DNA of 64,000 nucleotides from Cenococcum geophilum (Eukaryota). The stretch covers positions 24,304,001 through 24,368,000 of the forward strand of contig CP158635.1 of assembly GCA_050273025.1 (NCBI GenBank). The letters run 5' to 3'. Position 1 is the first letter of the stretch. Each line of letters starts with the position of its first letter. This document shows positions 1-12,420 of this stretch, one piece after another. The notes below the pieces were generated by a model. That model was not told the DNA's origin. It ran no database searches and saw only the letters and a list, made by a program, of their open reading frames with translations. Both the position numbers and the translations under genes were made by a program.

Positions 1-2369
1 TAAGACTCTAGGAAGAATATATTATTAACAGAATCTAGGGACTAGTATAAAAAGTTATAAAGAAATATCTAGATTGCTAGAGAAATAAACCAATAAGGTA
101 TAAGCTATATGGAGGGCTACAACCTGTTAAAATACCAGAGAGACTATAGGAGGTCATATTATAGGACTTTATTGTTAAGTTACTAAGGTTAAGAGATCCT
201 ATTACTAGATAAGATTATAACGCGATCTTAGTAATAGTAGATAAGCTTATAAAGTAGGGATACTTTATAGTATATATAGAAGAAATATTAGCAGAAGATG
301 TCGCTAGGATTTATATTAAGGAAGTGTTTATAAGATATAGAGTACTAAGCAAAATTATATTAGATAGAGATCTAAGATTTATAGCAGCATTTTAGGAGGT
401 ATTCTTAGCGGAGTAAGGAGTTAGAGTAGCAACTTCCACCGTATATTATCCGTAGACAGATGGTTAAATAGAAAGACTAAATTAGACACTAGAGTAGTAT
501 TTAAGACACTATATTAATTACGTATAGAACAATTAGGTATTATTATTACCAATTATACAGTTTATATACAATATAACACCTTAAGAAGGAATAGGCATAT
601 TACCATTTAAGGCGAATTATAGATATAAGCTAAGGATATCGTTATTACTATAATAAGTAAAGAAAACAAGTAGCATAGCTAAAGAAAGAATAAAGACGTT
701 AATAAATCTTTATGTAGACCTTATAGAATTAGTAAAGAAGGTATAAAAAAGAATAAAAAGATACTATAACGCTAAGAGATCTAAGGGACCAGATCTTAAG
801 GAGGGAGATAGAGTGTAGCTACTATATAAAAATTTTAAGAGTTAACGACTAAGCAAGAAGTTAGACTACGTTAGACTAGGACCTTTTAAAATTAAGTAAA
901 GGATTTCACCGGTTACGTTTAAGTTAAACCTACTAGCTAAGATAAAGATCTACCCTATATAGTATATTATAATGCTAGAGCCAGTATATAGGAATATTAA
1001 GCTACCGGTTTATAAAGCAGACATATATAGAGGATAAGAGGAAGATAAATAGCAAGTTTTAAAGATCATTAGTTATAAGGACGTTGACAATAAAATATAG
1101 TATAAGGTTAAGTAGATAGGCTATAATAAGACTACCTAGGAGCTACTAGAGAACTTAAAAAATGCTATAGGAAAGGTACAGGAGTATTAAAAGATATTAG
1201 GTTAGGCAGCATTAATAAAGAAGGATCGCTAAAGAATAAGTTACCTAAGGGGGACCTAAGAAGAGCAGTTGCCGAACTACTTAGATCTATTTCCTTCTCT
1301 ATTAAAAGAGAGTCCGTTCTTTTATTACTAAGTTCCTATAAACCCTATTTTATAAGTTTTTACTCCTTAAAACGAACCTTTTTACGCACCTTTTTAAGAC
1401 GGATTAGTTGAGCGGACGCCGCTAGACGAGACTTAAGGGCCTATTACTAAGCATCGGCAGCCTCCTATTTAGCGTTCTAAGAACGGCGTAATTTAGTAAG
1501 AGTAATAGACAGTTTATTATCTAGCTAAGTAGCAGTAGATTAAATATAAGACCCTAAGATAAATTAATTAGGGAACCAGACGACTATTAAGAGTAATAGG
1601 TCGCGTATATTTAGCATTAGAGACAGAGCAAACGTCACAAGACGAATAAATATTCGCTTTAGTGCACTCTAAGTAAAAGAACGGTTATCGCGAAGATAGG
1701 TTCGCCAACATAATATAGACTAACCCCTCTTTCAAATAGCGAGAACACGGAGATGGTATAATCTTACTAAAAGACAATATTATAGTAATAGTGCAAGTAT
1801 AACGGACAGTTAAAGAAGAAGAAATTGCTTTAGGTATAATAAGCAATAATATTAACCAAATTAATTAGATAGACATTATACCTCTAATAAATAACTTAGA
1901 GATATTAGGAATCTTTAAGGATGAAGATAAAAAGGAGGGAGATAGTGTTATGGACGCTTTAAGTACAATATTATAACTACTTAGAGAGGAGTTGGAAGAA
2001 GCTAGTTAGTTAATTTAAGTATAGTCCAGGATGGAGCTAATAGAGCTATGTAACGAGGAATGGTAACTAAGGTCACATGACGTAATCTATATAATCTATA
2101 GGATCTGCGTAATCTGTAATAGAGTAAATAGAGCATACGTATATTATATATAAGAAGGATTTTATAGGAGTACGGTTGTGTATTTAAGGACCCTTAGTCC
2201 CTACCTAGATAGTTCCTTCCTTATAGTGATTCTTAGAATACAATTAGAGTTAATCTATTAGGCAACTACTTCACCAGTTATTATTACGTTGTTAACTTTA
2301 ATTTGCATCACCTATATACCTAGCCCATTAACGAGCCTATTGTAGTACTTGCTATAAGGTTCCGTTACA
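1..2369 (+). mobile_element. Gypsy/Ty3 chromovirus family A, 3' part (integrase, chromodomain, PPT, 3' LTR); RIP-inactivated, 5' part outside window
   Basis: Colinear with 55410-57760. RIP'd integrase motifs (WEVI.WDFI.KLP, YHPQTDGQ.ER.NQ.LEQYLRHY) and chromodomain; PPT aaaaggagggagatag ~1929-1945; LTR 1946-2369 (tgtta...gttaca). Confidence 0.93.
1160..1837 (-). pseudogene. Antisense accessory gene of Gypsy A: Zn(II)2Cys6-like cluster + coiled coil, probable 55-nt intron (RIP-degraded)
   Basis: De-RIP reading MPKAISS...PSPCSRC.KEGLVC..LANPSSRQP..CSECTKANI.SSCDV.S.SDAE/W.RIQSAATQLDGEL... C-x2-C-x6-C-x13-C-x2-C-x8-C spacing. 3' end approximate. Confidence 0.7.
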
Positions 2370-2763
2370 CTAGGGGTATAGGTTTAGTCCTATTTAGCTT
2401 ATAAGGTAGGATATTATCTAGGCCTTCCTAGGCAATATAGAGTTGTTTTAATGTTTAAGTATAGCGTATTAATACGTCGTTGCAGATAAAGTTTCTTTAG
2501 GGTAGGATATTATTAAGGCCTTCCTAGGTAAAGTAGGGTAAGTTTAGTATAATATTACGGCTTGTATAAATACCTCTAAACCGAAGCTTATAAAATACTA
2601 TATTATAAAGATACTAAGCTAAAGAGAAGAAAAAAGGGGTTACTAGAACCGATGTAAACAAATATATAGGGTAAGCCGCTAAGGCGCTAGCTTTGGGCGG
2701 GCCAATTATAGGTTAGCAGAATATGGCAGAATTTAGTAGGTAACGTGCGATAGCGCCGTTACA
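2370..2763 (-). mobile_element. 5' end of another LTR element (family D; LTR ~2553-2763 plus start of internal region), interrupted by the Gypsy A copy
   Basis: tattacggc(2553)...gccgttaca(2763) terminal inverted motif; right end resembles the family B LTR; abuts RT sequence of element A2. Confidence 0.6.
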
Positions 2764-3361
2764 CTTATCTCTTTATATCTATAGTTCCTCTTTCTTTATA
2801 AGCCTAGTAAACGGTTTAATGTTCTTTAACTATTATGCTATAAACCTTCTATAGTAATTGTAAAACTCTAAAAATAACCTTAACTATATTATATTCTTTA
2901 GTTCTTACTAACTTACTATAGCTTTAATCTTCTTTAGGTCTATACTAATATAACCTAGTTTAATAATAAATCTAATAAAATTAGTCTTTCTAATAAAGAA
3001 CTTATATTTCTTAATTGCTACTAGTATTTATTCTTCTTATAGTTTCCTTAAAACCTATTTAATATATTCCCTATATTCTTCCTTAGTTATTAAGTAGATA
3101 ATAATATTATTAAGGTATACTATAATAAACTTATTAAGGTGTTCTCCTAATATACTATTAATTCTTTTTTAGAATATTACTAGTATATTTATTAATCTAA
3201 ATTGTATAACTAATAGCTTATATAGTCCTTTCTTTAACCTAAAAGCTGCCTTTTATTTATTGCCTTCCTTAATTTTAATCTAATGGTACGCTAATCTTAG
3301 ATCTATCTTTATAAAGATTTACGTATTACCTATCTAATCCTAAATTTTACTAATTAAGGGT

Positions 3362-6300
3362 TGTTATAGTGCTGCAATAAAGTAGATTAAAAAACTACGT
3401 TATAGTATAAAGAGGGGAAGAAGGTAGAAAGGGGGTATTATATATAAATAGTAGGGCCGGCCGCTAAGTCGCTAGTGGTAGGCTAGCTAATAGTAGGAAA
3501 CAGTACAAGACAGTATAAAACAGTATGCGTTAGGTTAGTGCCGTAACAGTACTCCTCTCCCCTAGATAGTTTAGTCCCTAAACTAAATAAATAACTTAAA
3601 AATAGGCAGTGTACGGGGTTGCCTATTTTTTACTATAAAGATATCAGTTCCGCTTACCGCCCTTAACCAAGCTAATAGCGATTTTCTATACCGGGCATAG
3701 AAAATCCTAATTAGTTAGTTTAGTAAGTAAGGTCGGTAGAACTCCACACCGCCACCTAAATCAATCCGTATGGCGTTTCTTGGCGAGAATTTAGCTAATT
3801 AAACAACTTTAACTGCTGGTTAAAGTTCTATAACATCTTAACTACCACAAATTTTAATACGGTGGTCGGCCGCGACCTTAGCGTGACTTTTCCTTATCTT
3901 ATGCCCAGTCTAGGGGTTCTAGCTTCTTAGGGTGTTGCTTATAGAAGCGCTATATAGCTTGTTTATAACCCTTTAGGTCTTCCTTTAGCTACTAGGTTAT
4001 ATCCTTATAATATTTCCATTTAATCTTATAAGTTAGGCCCTAGGGGTCTTCGTTATATACATTAAGGATTTTCTTAAACTTCCATTTATCTTTTATGTTG
4101 CCGTCGTTATCTCTCTCTATTACTCGTCCTTATATATTACGGCGCTCTATAGTATTAATATTTGCTTAGCTAGGGATCTCTTTAGCAGCCTAGAGGCGGA
4201 CCTTAGATATATAAAAGGATTTATTTACTTAGATATGGTCTAGGAGGTCTACTATAACTACCCCTTAGTATACTGCAAGTACGGGGTACAAGCCGTCCCA
4301 TTTATCGTCCCATTTCTTCTTAGGTCTATTTATCTTTATATTTTCTAAGCTAACTATAACTATATCGCCTTCGTAAAATAACGCGCTCTTATCCCTACAG
4401 GTATTAGCATTATCTTTATAGCGTTACTATAAAATCCGGGCTAGGGCCTTAAGCTATATTAATATCCGCTTAAAGCGGTTGGCTATAGAGTCTGCGCAAA
4501 AGAACTCCTTCTTTACTTATACTAATAGTATTAGTAGGCGGGGGCCAGCAGGCTTAATTCTAAGGCGAGGGTTAAAGCTATAGTTTGTAAAAAACGGGGA
4601 GATGCCTATACTCTTATTAACTTAGTTATTTATAGTAAACTTAGTAAGCGGCAGGTAGTTAACTTAGTTATCCTATATAAAGCTAATAAAAGTATAAAGG
4701 TATTTATTTACGGCAGCGTTAATAATTTTAGTTTGGCCGTCCGTTTTTAGGTACTAAGCTAAGCTTAGTTATAAGATTATCTTAAGGCGTTTACTTAGTC
4801 GTCGCTAGAAGTCGCTAATAAATTATATGCCATAATTAAAGATAATTGTGCTTAGTGCACTATAGAGCTTATATATATTATTAACAAAGCAATTAACTAG
4901 CTCCTTTATTAAGAGTTCTATTACTAAAATAAGGTATCGCATTTTAGTTAGGCGGTCTATAATAATAAGGATATGTTTATATACCTTACTATAGCGTTAG
5001 TATACCGGCAGCGTTATAATATAATTAATTAAGATATTAGTTTACGGGCAGGCGGGTAATTTTAGTAGCTTTAGAAAACCGGGTGGGGTAGAATAGGGGG
5101 TCTTAGTGCAAAAGTATAGGGCACAGTCTTTAATAAAGGTAGCCATAAACTAGGAGATTTCTAGCCACTAGTATATTTAGTTTAAGAGGTTAAGAGTCTT
5201 AACCCGGCTAGGGTAATTAGTGGGGCCGCTGCTATAAGAGTAATAGGTAACTTCTAGGCGGAGGTTTAGAGCGTTAGGGATAAAAAGACGTTAGCGGAAG
5301 TAGATCTATCTATTAATAATACTATATTCTAACTTATCGCAATAGAGTAATTTCCTAATCTTCTTTAGCTAATGGCGAGCTTTCTAATTACGTAGGGCTA
5401 CTACTATATCTCTTACGAGTTTGTTCTCCTAGTATCCTAGCTAGATTAACTTATCTAGTAACTTTTTAGCTATTTTAGGGTCTAAAGCGGCTATAAACTC
5501 CGCGTTATTAGAGTTATGGGACTTATATAGTAATTCTTCTAAGATTATAGGGTTAACTTTCTGAGGTAGTATAATAATTTAGGCTTAGTGGCGGAGGCGT
5601 TTATTATCGGCATCCTTAGGCCTTATTCTTAGTAGCTAGCTTAAGGCGTTAGGGAGCATAGCTTTGCTACTAGGTCTGTATATAATTATAAAGTTAAACT
5701 ATAAAAGAAACTCTACCCACCAGACTTAGCGCTAGTTTAGCTACTTAGTAGTTATAAACGTCTATAGGTTTTTATAGTCGGTAATAATTTTAAACGGCTC
5801 CTTAGTCCCTTATAGCTTAGGACGCTATTCCTCTAAAGCCTTAATAATAGCTAAGAGTTCTTTATTATAGATTTTATAGTTATACTTTAGCATAGAGTAC
5901 TTTACGGAAAAGAATGCGACCAGTTTTAATTTTCCGTTATTATTATACTGGGAAAGGACTCCGCCGGAAGCCTAATTTAATACGTCTGTCTCTACTACTA
6001 TTTTCTTTATATAGTTATAGTATGCTAGTACTAGTGCTAAAGTAAAGGCTCCCTTAAGGGCCTTAAATAATTTAGCTTGTTTTAGTCCCTATAGCTATCT
6101 AATATCCTTCTTTAGGAGTTTTATTATAGGTATAGCAATAGTAGAGTAGCCTTAGATAAATTATTGGTAGAAGTTCGCGAAGCTAAGAAATTGTTATAGT
6201 TTTTTAATTAATGTTGGGTCCTTCTATTCCTATAAGGCCTATACCTTTTTAGGGTCTATAGTTATGCTATTAGTTAAGATAATTAAGCTAAGGTATTTTA

Positions 6301-9300
6301 TTTTAGTAGAGTAGAACTTAGACTTATTAATATTAATCTAAAGTCCAGCATTACCGAGTTTTTAGATAACTTTATTTATATACTTAGTATGCTTAGCGCG
6401 TATTTTAAAAAAGATAAAAACGTCATTAAGGTAGGCAGTGTAGTAGTTATTAAGGGCGTTATATAGAATATAGTTAATATAGTTTTAGAACATAGTAGGT
6501 GCGTTATAGAGGCTAAATAGTATAACTAGTATCTTATAAAGTCTAAACCGGGTAATAAATGCTATAAGCCACTTATAGCCCTCCGTAATCCAGATCCGGT
6601 TAAACGTAGCAATTATATTAAGTTTAGTAAAGTACTTAGCACTATAAAGTGCGTTAAGTGTCTTGCGAATTAGTAGCAGTGGGTATTAATTCTTAATAGT
6701 GACTGTGTTTAGGCCTTAGTAGTTATAGTAGATTTATATACCGCCACCAGGCTTAGCAGCAAGGAGAAATAGTGCGGTAGCTAGTAAGGTTAATTCGCGA
6801 ATAAAACCCTTATCTAGTATCTTATTAATCCACTTCTTTATATACCTAAGTTTAGTAGGTAAAAGTGGTTTATTTTTATAGTATGGGGCCTAGTTTCCGG
6901 GGGTAATCTTAATTTTATAGTCCTATGGTTAGTAAGGGGGCAGCTTATCTACGTTCTTAAGGAGGAAGTATTTAATATATTTACTAAACTTCTTTAGTAG
7001 GCGTTGTAGAATATCTTCGCGGGTTAATCCTAGTTTGCCTTTTAGAAATTTTTTAATATTAGTATTAACTATCTTCCGATATAAAAGCTTGGGTTTAGTT
7101 TTTAGATTTATTTTAAGGAAGTTATAGAAATAGGGGGGGAGCACTTTATAGGCTTCCTTTATTGTATAGTTACCTTCTACTAGCCAGCGGAAAGACCTTT
7201 CTAATAGGTTCGGTACTTCTATTAGGCCTATAGGCAGCTCTTTAAGTAGCTATTAATGCTTATTTTATTTAGCTAGTTCTACTAGCTCCGCTATATAGAT
7301 CCTTATTACCTTTACGTCTTTTTATTTATAGAATTAGGTAAAATTAATAGCATAAGTATATTTAATATCGTCTAGGTTAGGGCGTGTCTAGTTCTTTAGT
7401 GCTATAGCTGGGCTAGTATAGCTTAGTCGGCCTAGGGGGGCGGAAATAAGGCAGCGGCCCTATACGGTACGCGCGGGAGACGGGTATAAGGTTAGGCGTT
7501 ATAGTGGCGCGGTTTCTACTATCTGGGTCTTAGTAGTTCTATAGCCAGTCCTTACTATAACGCGAGCTGTAGTGTGCGTATATAGTATATAGCTTAGTTT
7601 TAGGTATTAGGCTAAGCGGCTAGGGTTTAAATGGTGCCTGGGTTAAGGTTAGATTTTTAGTAGTAGCGGCGTAAAGCAGACCTTCTTTCTTAGTCTCGGT
7701 AGGGCTGGCTAGCCCATTATTTTAGTCTTAAGTACTAGGGTAGTCCAGTCTTTTACTATTTTATTTCTTTATAGCTATACAGGCTCCCCTTTATTAGGAA
7801 CGTCTTTTACTATTAGGGCTTTATATATAGTCCTATGCACTAGGCTTAGTAGTGCTAAGTATCTATATAGGGCGTCCCTACTAACGTCGGTTATCCCCAA
7901 TAGGAGGTAGTACCTAAAGTAGTAGTCTAAGTTAAAGCGGATCTTAAGTTTCCTAAAGCTAGGATAGGGCTTGTGCTTTTAAAGCTAGGGCATACCTAGG
8001 ATAATTAGGATAATAGGCGAGAGTTTAGTAATAAAAAAGAGCATAGCTTTAGTATAGAGGCCGATTAACATTTAGGCGGTGAAGTAATCTGTAATAAGCG
8101 AAGTTGGAATACTATCTGCGAGGCGTAGTAGCCTAGGTACTAGCAGCTTTTTAGTTATAACGTTATACTTTCTTATAATAGACTCTACATTAGTAAATGC
8201 CATTATAGTACTACTGGAGTCTACTAGGCTTATTATATTAATATAAACTTAGGGGTATAGGTTACGTAATAAGGAGAGTTAGGTTTAAATAAGGATTAAT
8301 TTCTTATTACTGTTTGCTAATCTAAGATTAAGTAGCAGTTTACTAATAGAAAGGACTAATTAATCTAGTAACAGGGACCTAATTTTCTCGTCTTCCTCCT
8401 TATATAGTTTAGACCCTTAGGTATAACTTAGTCTAAGGGTTTACCTTTTAACGACTAGGGTATAAGGCTGTCTTAGCAGAATAGTCTAGTGTCCGTCTAG
8501 CTGGCGGTGTTAGTCTTAGTTTTAGTTGGGGTATAGGAAAATAATACCTCGCTAACAACGTGGCTATATTTGTATTCGCTAGCGCGAAGTCACTAATACT
8601 AGGCGTTATTAACGGGTTAGGCTCCTATATAGGGCATGGTTTAGAGTAACTAAGCTATAGGGTTAAAGGGGGGGGTTGTCCGCCGCGGCCATAATAGGCT
8701 CCGCGGTTGCCGCGTCTATAATAGACTCTACGGTCGCCGCGTCCACGGTTATTAGTTCGCGTTATTTAACGGGGTAGTATTAGGACTAGGTTTGCTATCT
8801 TAGTAGAGTTATAGGCGTCCTTTTAGTGGCTGGGTAGGCTATAGGTAAGGTATAGTCTATTATTAACGCGGCGTTTACGCTCTGTGTCTAAGATTTTATT
8901 AAGATCTATAGGTTTTCTAGTTACTACTAGGGTTAGGGTTAATATAGGGGTAGGGGCTTAGGTAGGTAGGCAGTAGTTAGCGTTCTTCTTAAGGTTAGCT
9001 TAGTGTATATAGTTCGCGAGGTTCTTAGCAAATATATCTATCTGCTTACTCTAACCTATATAGTTGCTATTATTAATTTTATAGGCAAGTCTAAGTACCA
9101 GCTCTTCTATCTTTAGAGAAATAAACTTTTAGAGTAGGTCTACCTTCTATTTATTTATCTTCTTAACGTGGACTATTAGCTTATTAAGCTCTCCCTTCTA
9201 AGACTAGTAATTACGCTTACCTTAGGGGAAATAGTTAAGCTTATTCTTTATAACCTGGGTTATATTAAGGACCTTATAGTAGGCAGTAAGGTCTTTAAGC

Positions 9301-10275
9301 ATATCTTCCTTAGTAGGCCATTTCCACGTAGGTATGTTGTTTGGGTTCTTATATATAAGCTCTAGGCCCTACTTAATAAACTTATAGGCCTTATCCTCTA
9401 GTATATCTGAGATATAAAGGATCTAGGACTAAACTGTATTAAAGTAGTCCTAGTCCCGGTTAAAGACTCCCTTAATCTTAATATGCTAGGTCTTAAAATT
9501 AGCTTATTATTCTAGTGGGGTGCCTTTTCCGCTAAATATTAGCGGGTCTTTAGATTTCCGTTTTTTCTGCTAGGTTACTACCGTTATTATAGGGTTTAAT
9601 TATTTTAGAACGGTAATAGTCTCTACCTAGGAGTTAATAGTTCCTGTCTAGAAAGCGATAAGGGTACTAAGGTTTTCGTTAGCTTTCTTATTGGCGGTAT
9701 TTATATTATATATACACTATAGTCCTACTTTAATATTATTAAAGAACTCGTTGGTATAGTTAATAAGGGTAAGATAAGCTTTGCTAGGCTTAAAGGTCTT
9801 AGGGTATAGTAGGGAGCGGCGGATTGTCTATATAATATTGGGGTATGTCTCTATAAAGAGGTCTACAAAAACGTCGCGGGGGTTCTAGGTTTTGGCCATT
9901 TCGGCGTCATTAGTATCGCCTATTTAGGCGCTAGGTAAAAACTAAGGATTATTTTAGGACTATACTAGGGACGTGTTAGTTTTAGCAGAGGCGCGTATAG
10001 GTTGCAATTGCTCTAGGGCGGAGGTTAATTAGCTAGGGTATAGGGAATCAGTAATCACGACGGGGCGCAAATTAAAGATACTACAAACTATTATAGTGCT
10101 GTAATAAAGTAGACTAAATAACTACGTTGTAGTATAAAGAGGGGAAGAAGGTAGAAAGGGGGTATTATATATAAATAGTAGGGCCGGCCGCCAAGTCGCT
10201 AGTGGTAGGCTAGCTAATAGTAGGAAATAGTACAAGACAGTATAAAACAGTATGCGTTAGGTCAGTGCCGTGATA
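3362..10275 (-). mobile_element. Full-length Gypsy chromovirus family B, RIP-inactivated
   Basis: 187-bp LTRs 3362-3548 and 10089-10275; 5-bp TSD agggt (3357-3361, 10276-10280); PPT complement ctcctctcccc ~3552-3562; RT AYL(D)D at ~6422-6438; RNaseH, integrase and chromodomain (~3900-4110) remnants. Confidence 0.95.
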
Positions 10276-12329
10276 AGGGTAAAGAATACCTATCCTTCTA
10301 AGTAATGCTATTTAACTATCTATAGTTAATATATAGTCTAAGTTTTCCGTTTTTCTTTAGTACGAATAGTACTAAATATCCTACTAATAACTGCAATAGT
10401 CTAATATATCCCTTTTATAAGTTTTTTTTTTATATAAACTCTTTAAGTGCTCTTAACTTCTCTTAAGTAAGCTTATAGGTTAAAAAGAACCTTAAACTTA
10501 TTTCTAGTTCTAACTCTATCTTATAGTCCTATACTATATAATCTATTAGCTTTTTACTTTCTAAGCTCTATAGTTTTTTGCTATACTTATAGTATCTCTT
10601 TAGTATATAACTTAAGCCTCGCTTAGTCTCTTTATATATTACTCTAACTTAATACTATACTAACTTAGTCTGTTATTATATCTTGCGTTATTAAATATTC
10701 CTAATATTAACCTAACCTATAATCTAATTAATCTTTAGATTGTATTCTTATAACTAAGGCATTCTTAATACTACCTTATCCCGTCCTAATAGTAGGATAT
10801 TAAAAGACATTTTAATACGTCTCCCTTTAATGGTTATCTAAATAGGTCCTATTTTAAGGTTAATAATCCCTCCTCTATAGGCTATTAGATCTCCTAAAAT
10901 TATAACTAATAGGTAAGATTATTCCTTTTATCTATAAGGTAATTCTATTTTTTTAACTACTATTAATAAGATATAGTTTCTAATTGCTTCACTATCTATT
11001 AGTACTTTAAACTATTAATTTTACTAATTAACTTATAAATTTAGGTATTATTCTTAAATTCCTTTAAGGGTCTAAGGCTTTACTACTAGCTCTCTTTAGT
11101 TTTATAGGCCTCTACTTTTTCTAACTATTAGCTATTTAATTCTTATATACTTAGCTTATTCTTTAGCTAATGCCTAGTTTGCTTTTTATCCTCTATATAC
11201 TATAGGCATATATTCTCTAGGTATTCCCACTACTATTATCTATTTAAGTATTCTTCTATAAGGAATCTTTTTAATTAAAGTATTAAGTCTTCTAACTCCT
11301 AAACTTCTACTAGATACCAGCTATATATATACTTAATATTTCTATACTATTACTTATTTAGCGCCCAATATATCCTTATAGGGTACTTTTAATTCTTTTC
11401 TTTTAAAATTTTATATATTTCGCATATATTATCTATATATATAATTTATAATAGCGTATAGTATATTAGGTACTTTAGGTTAACTCTTAACTTATCTTTA
11501 TTTTTAAGTTTAAACCTTTACTATGTTAATCTAAATGTTATAACTTTATTTACAGGTACTAAAATTTGCCTCTTACTTCTCTAGTCCTCTAATTATTCCT
11601 CTAGATCTTTTAATGTTATAATTAAGGCTCCCTTAATATAACTTATCGCTTTTTCCGTAATAGGGTGGTTCTAAATAACTCGTTTATCTAACTATATATA
11701 AAAATCTTCCTACTTATTATTATGTCGTTGTCTATACTACTTTTAATATAGCTGTTAGAGTGTATACGGCTTATCCGTAAGGAAGTATCTTCTTATTACT
11801 ACGTTATAATAGCCTTTTATATACCATTCTTTAAACTTAGTTAGAATCCCTAGATCCTCTTTATTTTCCAATTTAGTAAGCTACTTAGCTTTTAGCGTAC
11901 CTGCTTTAGGCCTATTAGTAATTCTTTATATAGGTGCTTTGTCCCTTATATAACCTAGTATGCTAAATCTCTAGTCTAGTTTCTGTTTTTGCTATACAAG
12001 GATTCTCTATCTAGATTTCTTTATATTTTTCTTTAGTTTACGTCTTATAAGTAGATCCTTAAAGTCTTCTTACTTCTTAATCTTCGTTTGCTTAATAGTC
12101 CTTATTTATATTTAGAAATCTTAATCCTATAGGATTCTTAATCCTAAGCTTACTTCTTTCTTAAGCTTCTATAGTATTCTTATCTTATCTTAAGAATCTT
12201 AAATCTCACTTATCTCGTCTTAAGAATCTTATACCTTTAGAAAACTTCATCCTAAGCTTATTTATATATTACTAAACTGAGCTATTACTCTACTCTATTA
12301 ATTGTTGTCTATTATAGGTCCTTAAGCAT

Positions 12330-12420
12330 ATCTTATCTCTTCTTAAGAATCTTAAGCATCTCTTATCTCTTCTTAAGAATCTTAAGCGTCTCTTATTTCT
12401 TCTTAAGAATCTTAAGCATT
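12330..12420. repeat. 30-bp tandem repeat (x3) in the gag-pol spacer of family A
   Basis: (t)cttatctcttcttaagaatcttaagcatc unit; homologous degenerate arrays at ~51950-52020 and ~59740-59810. Confidence 0.8.
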
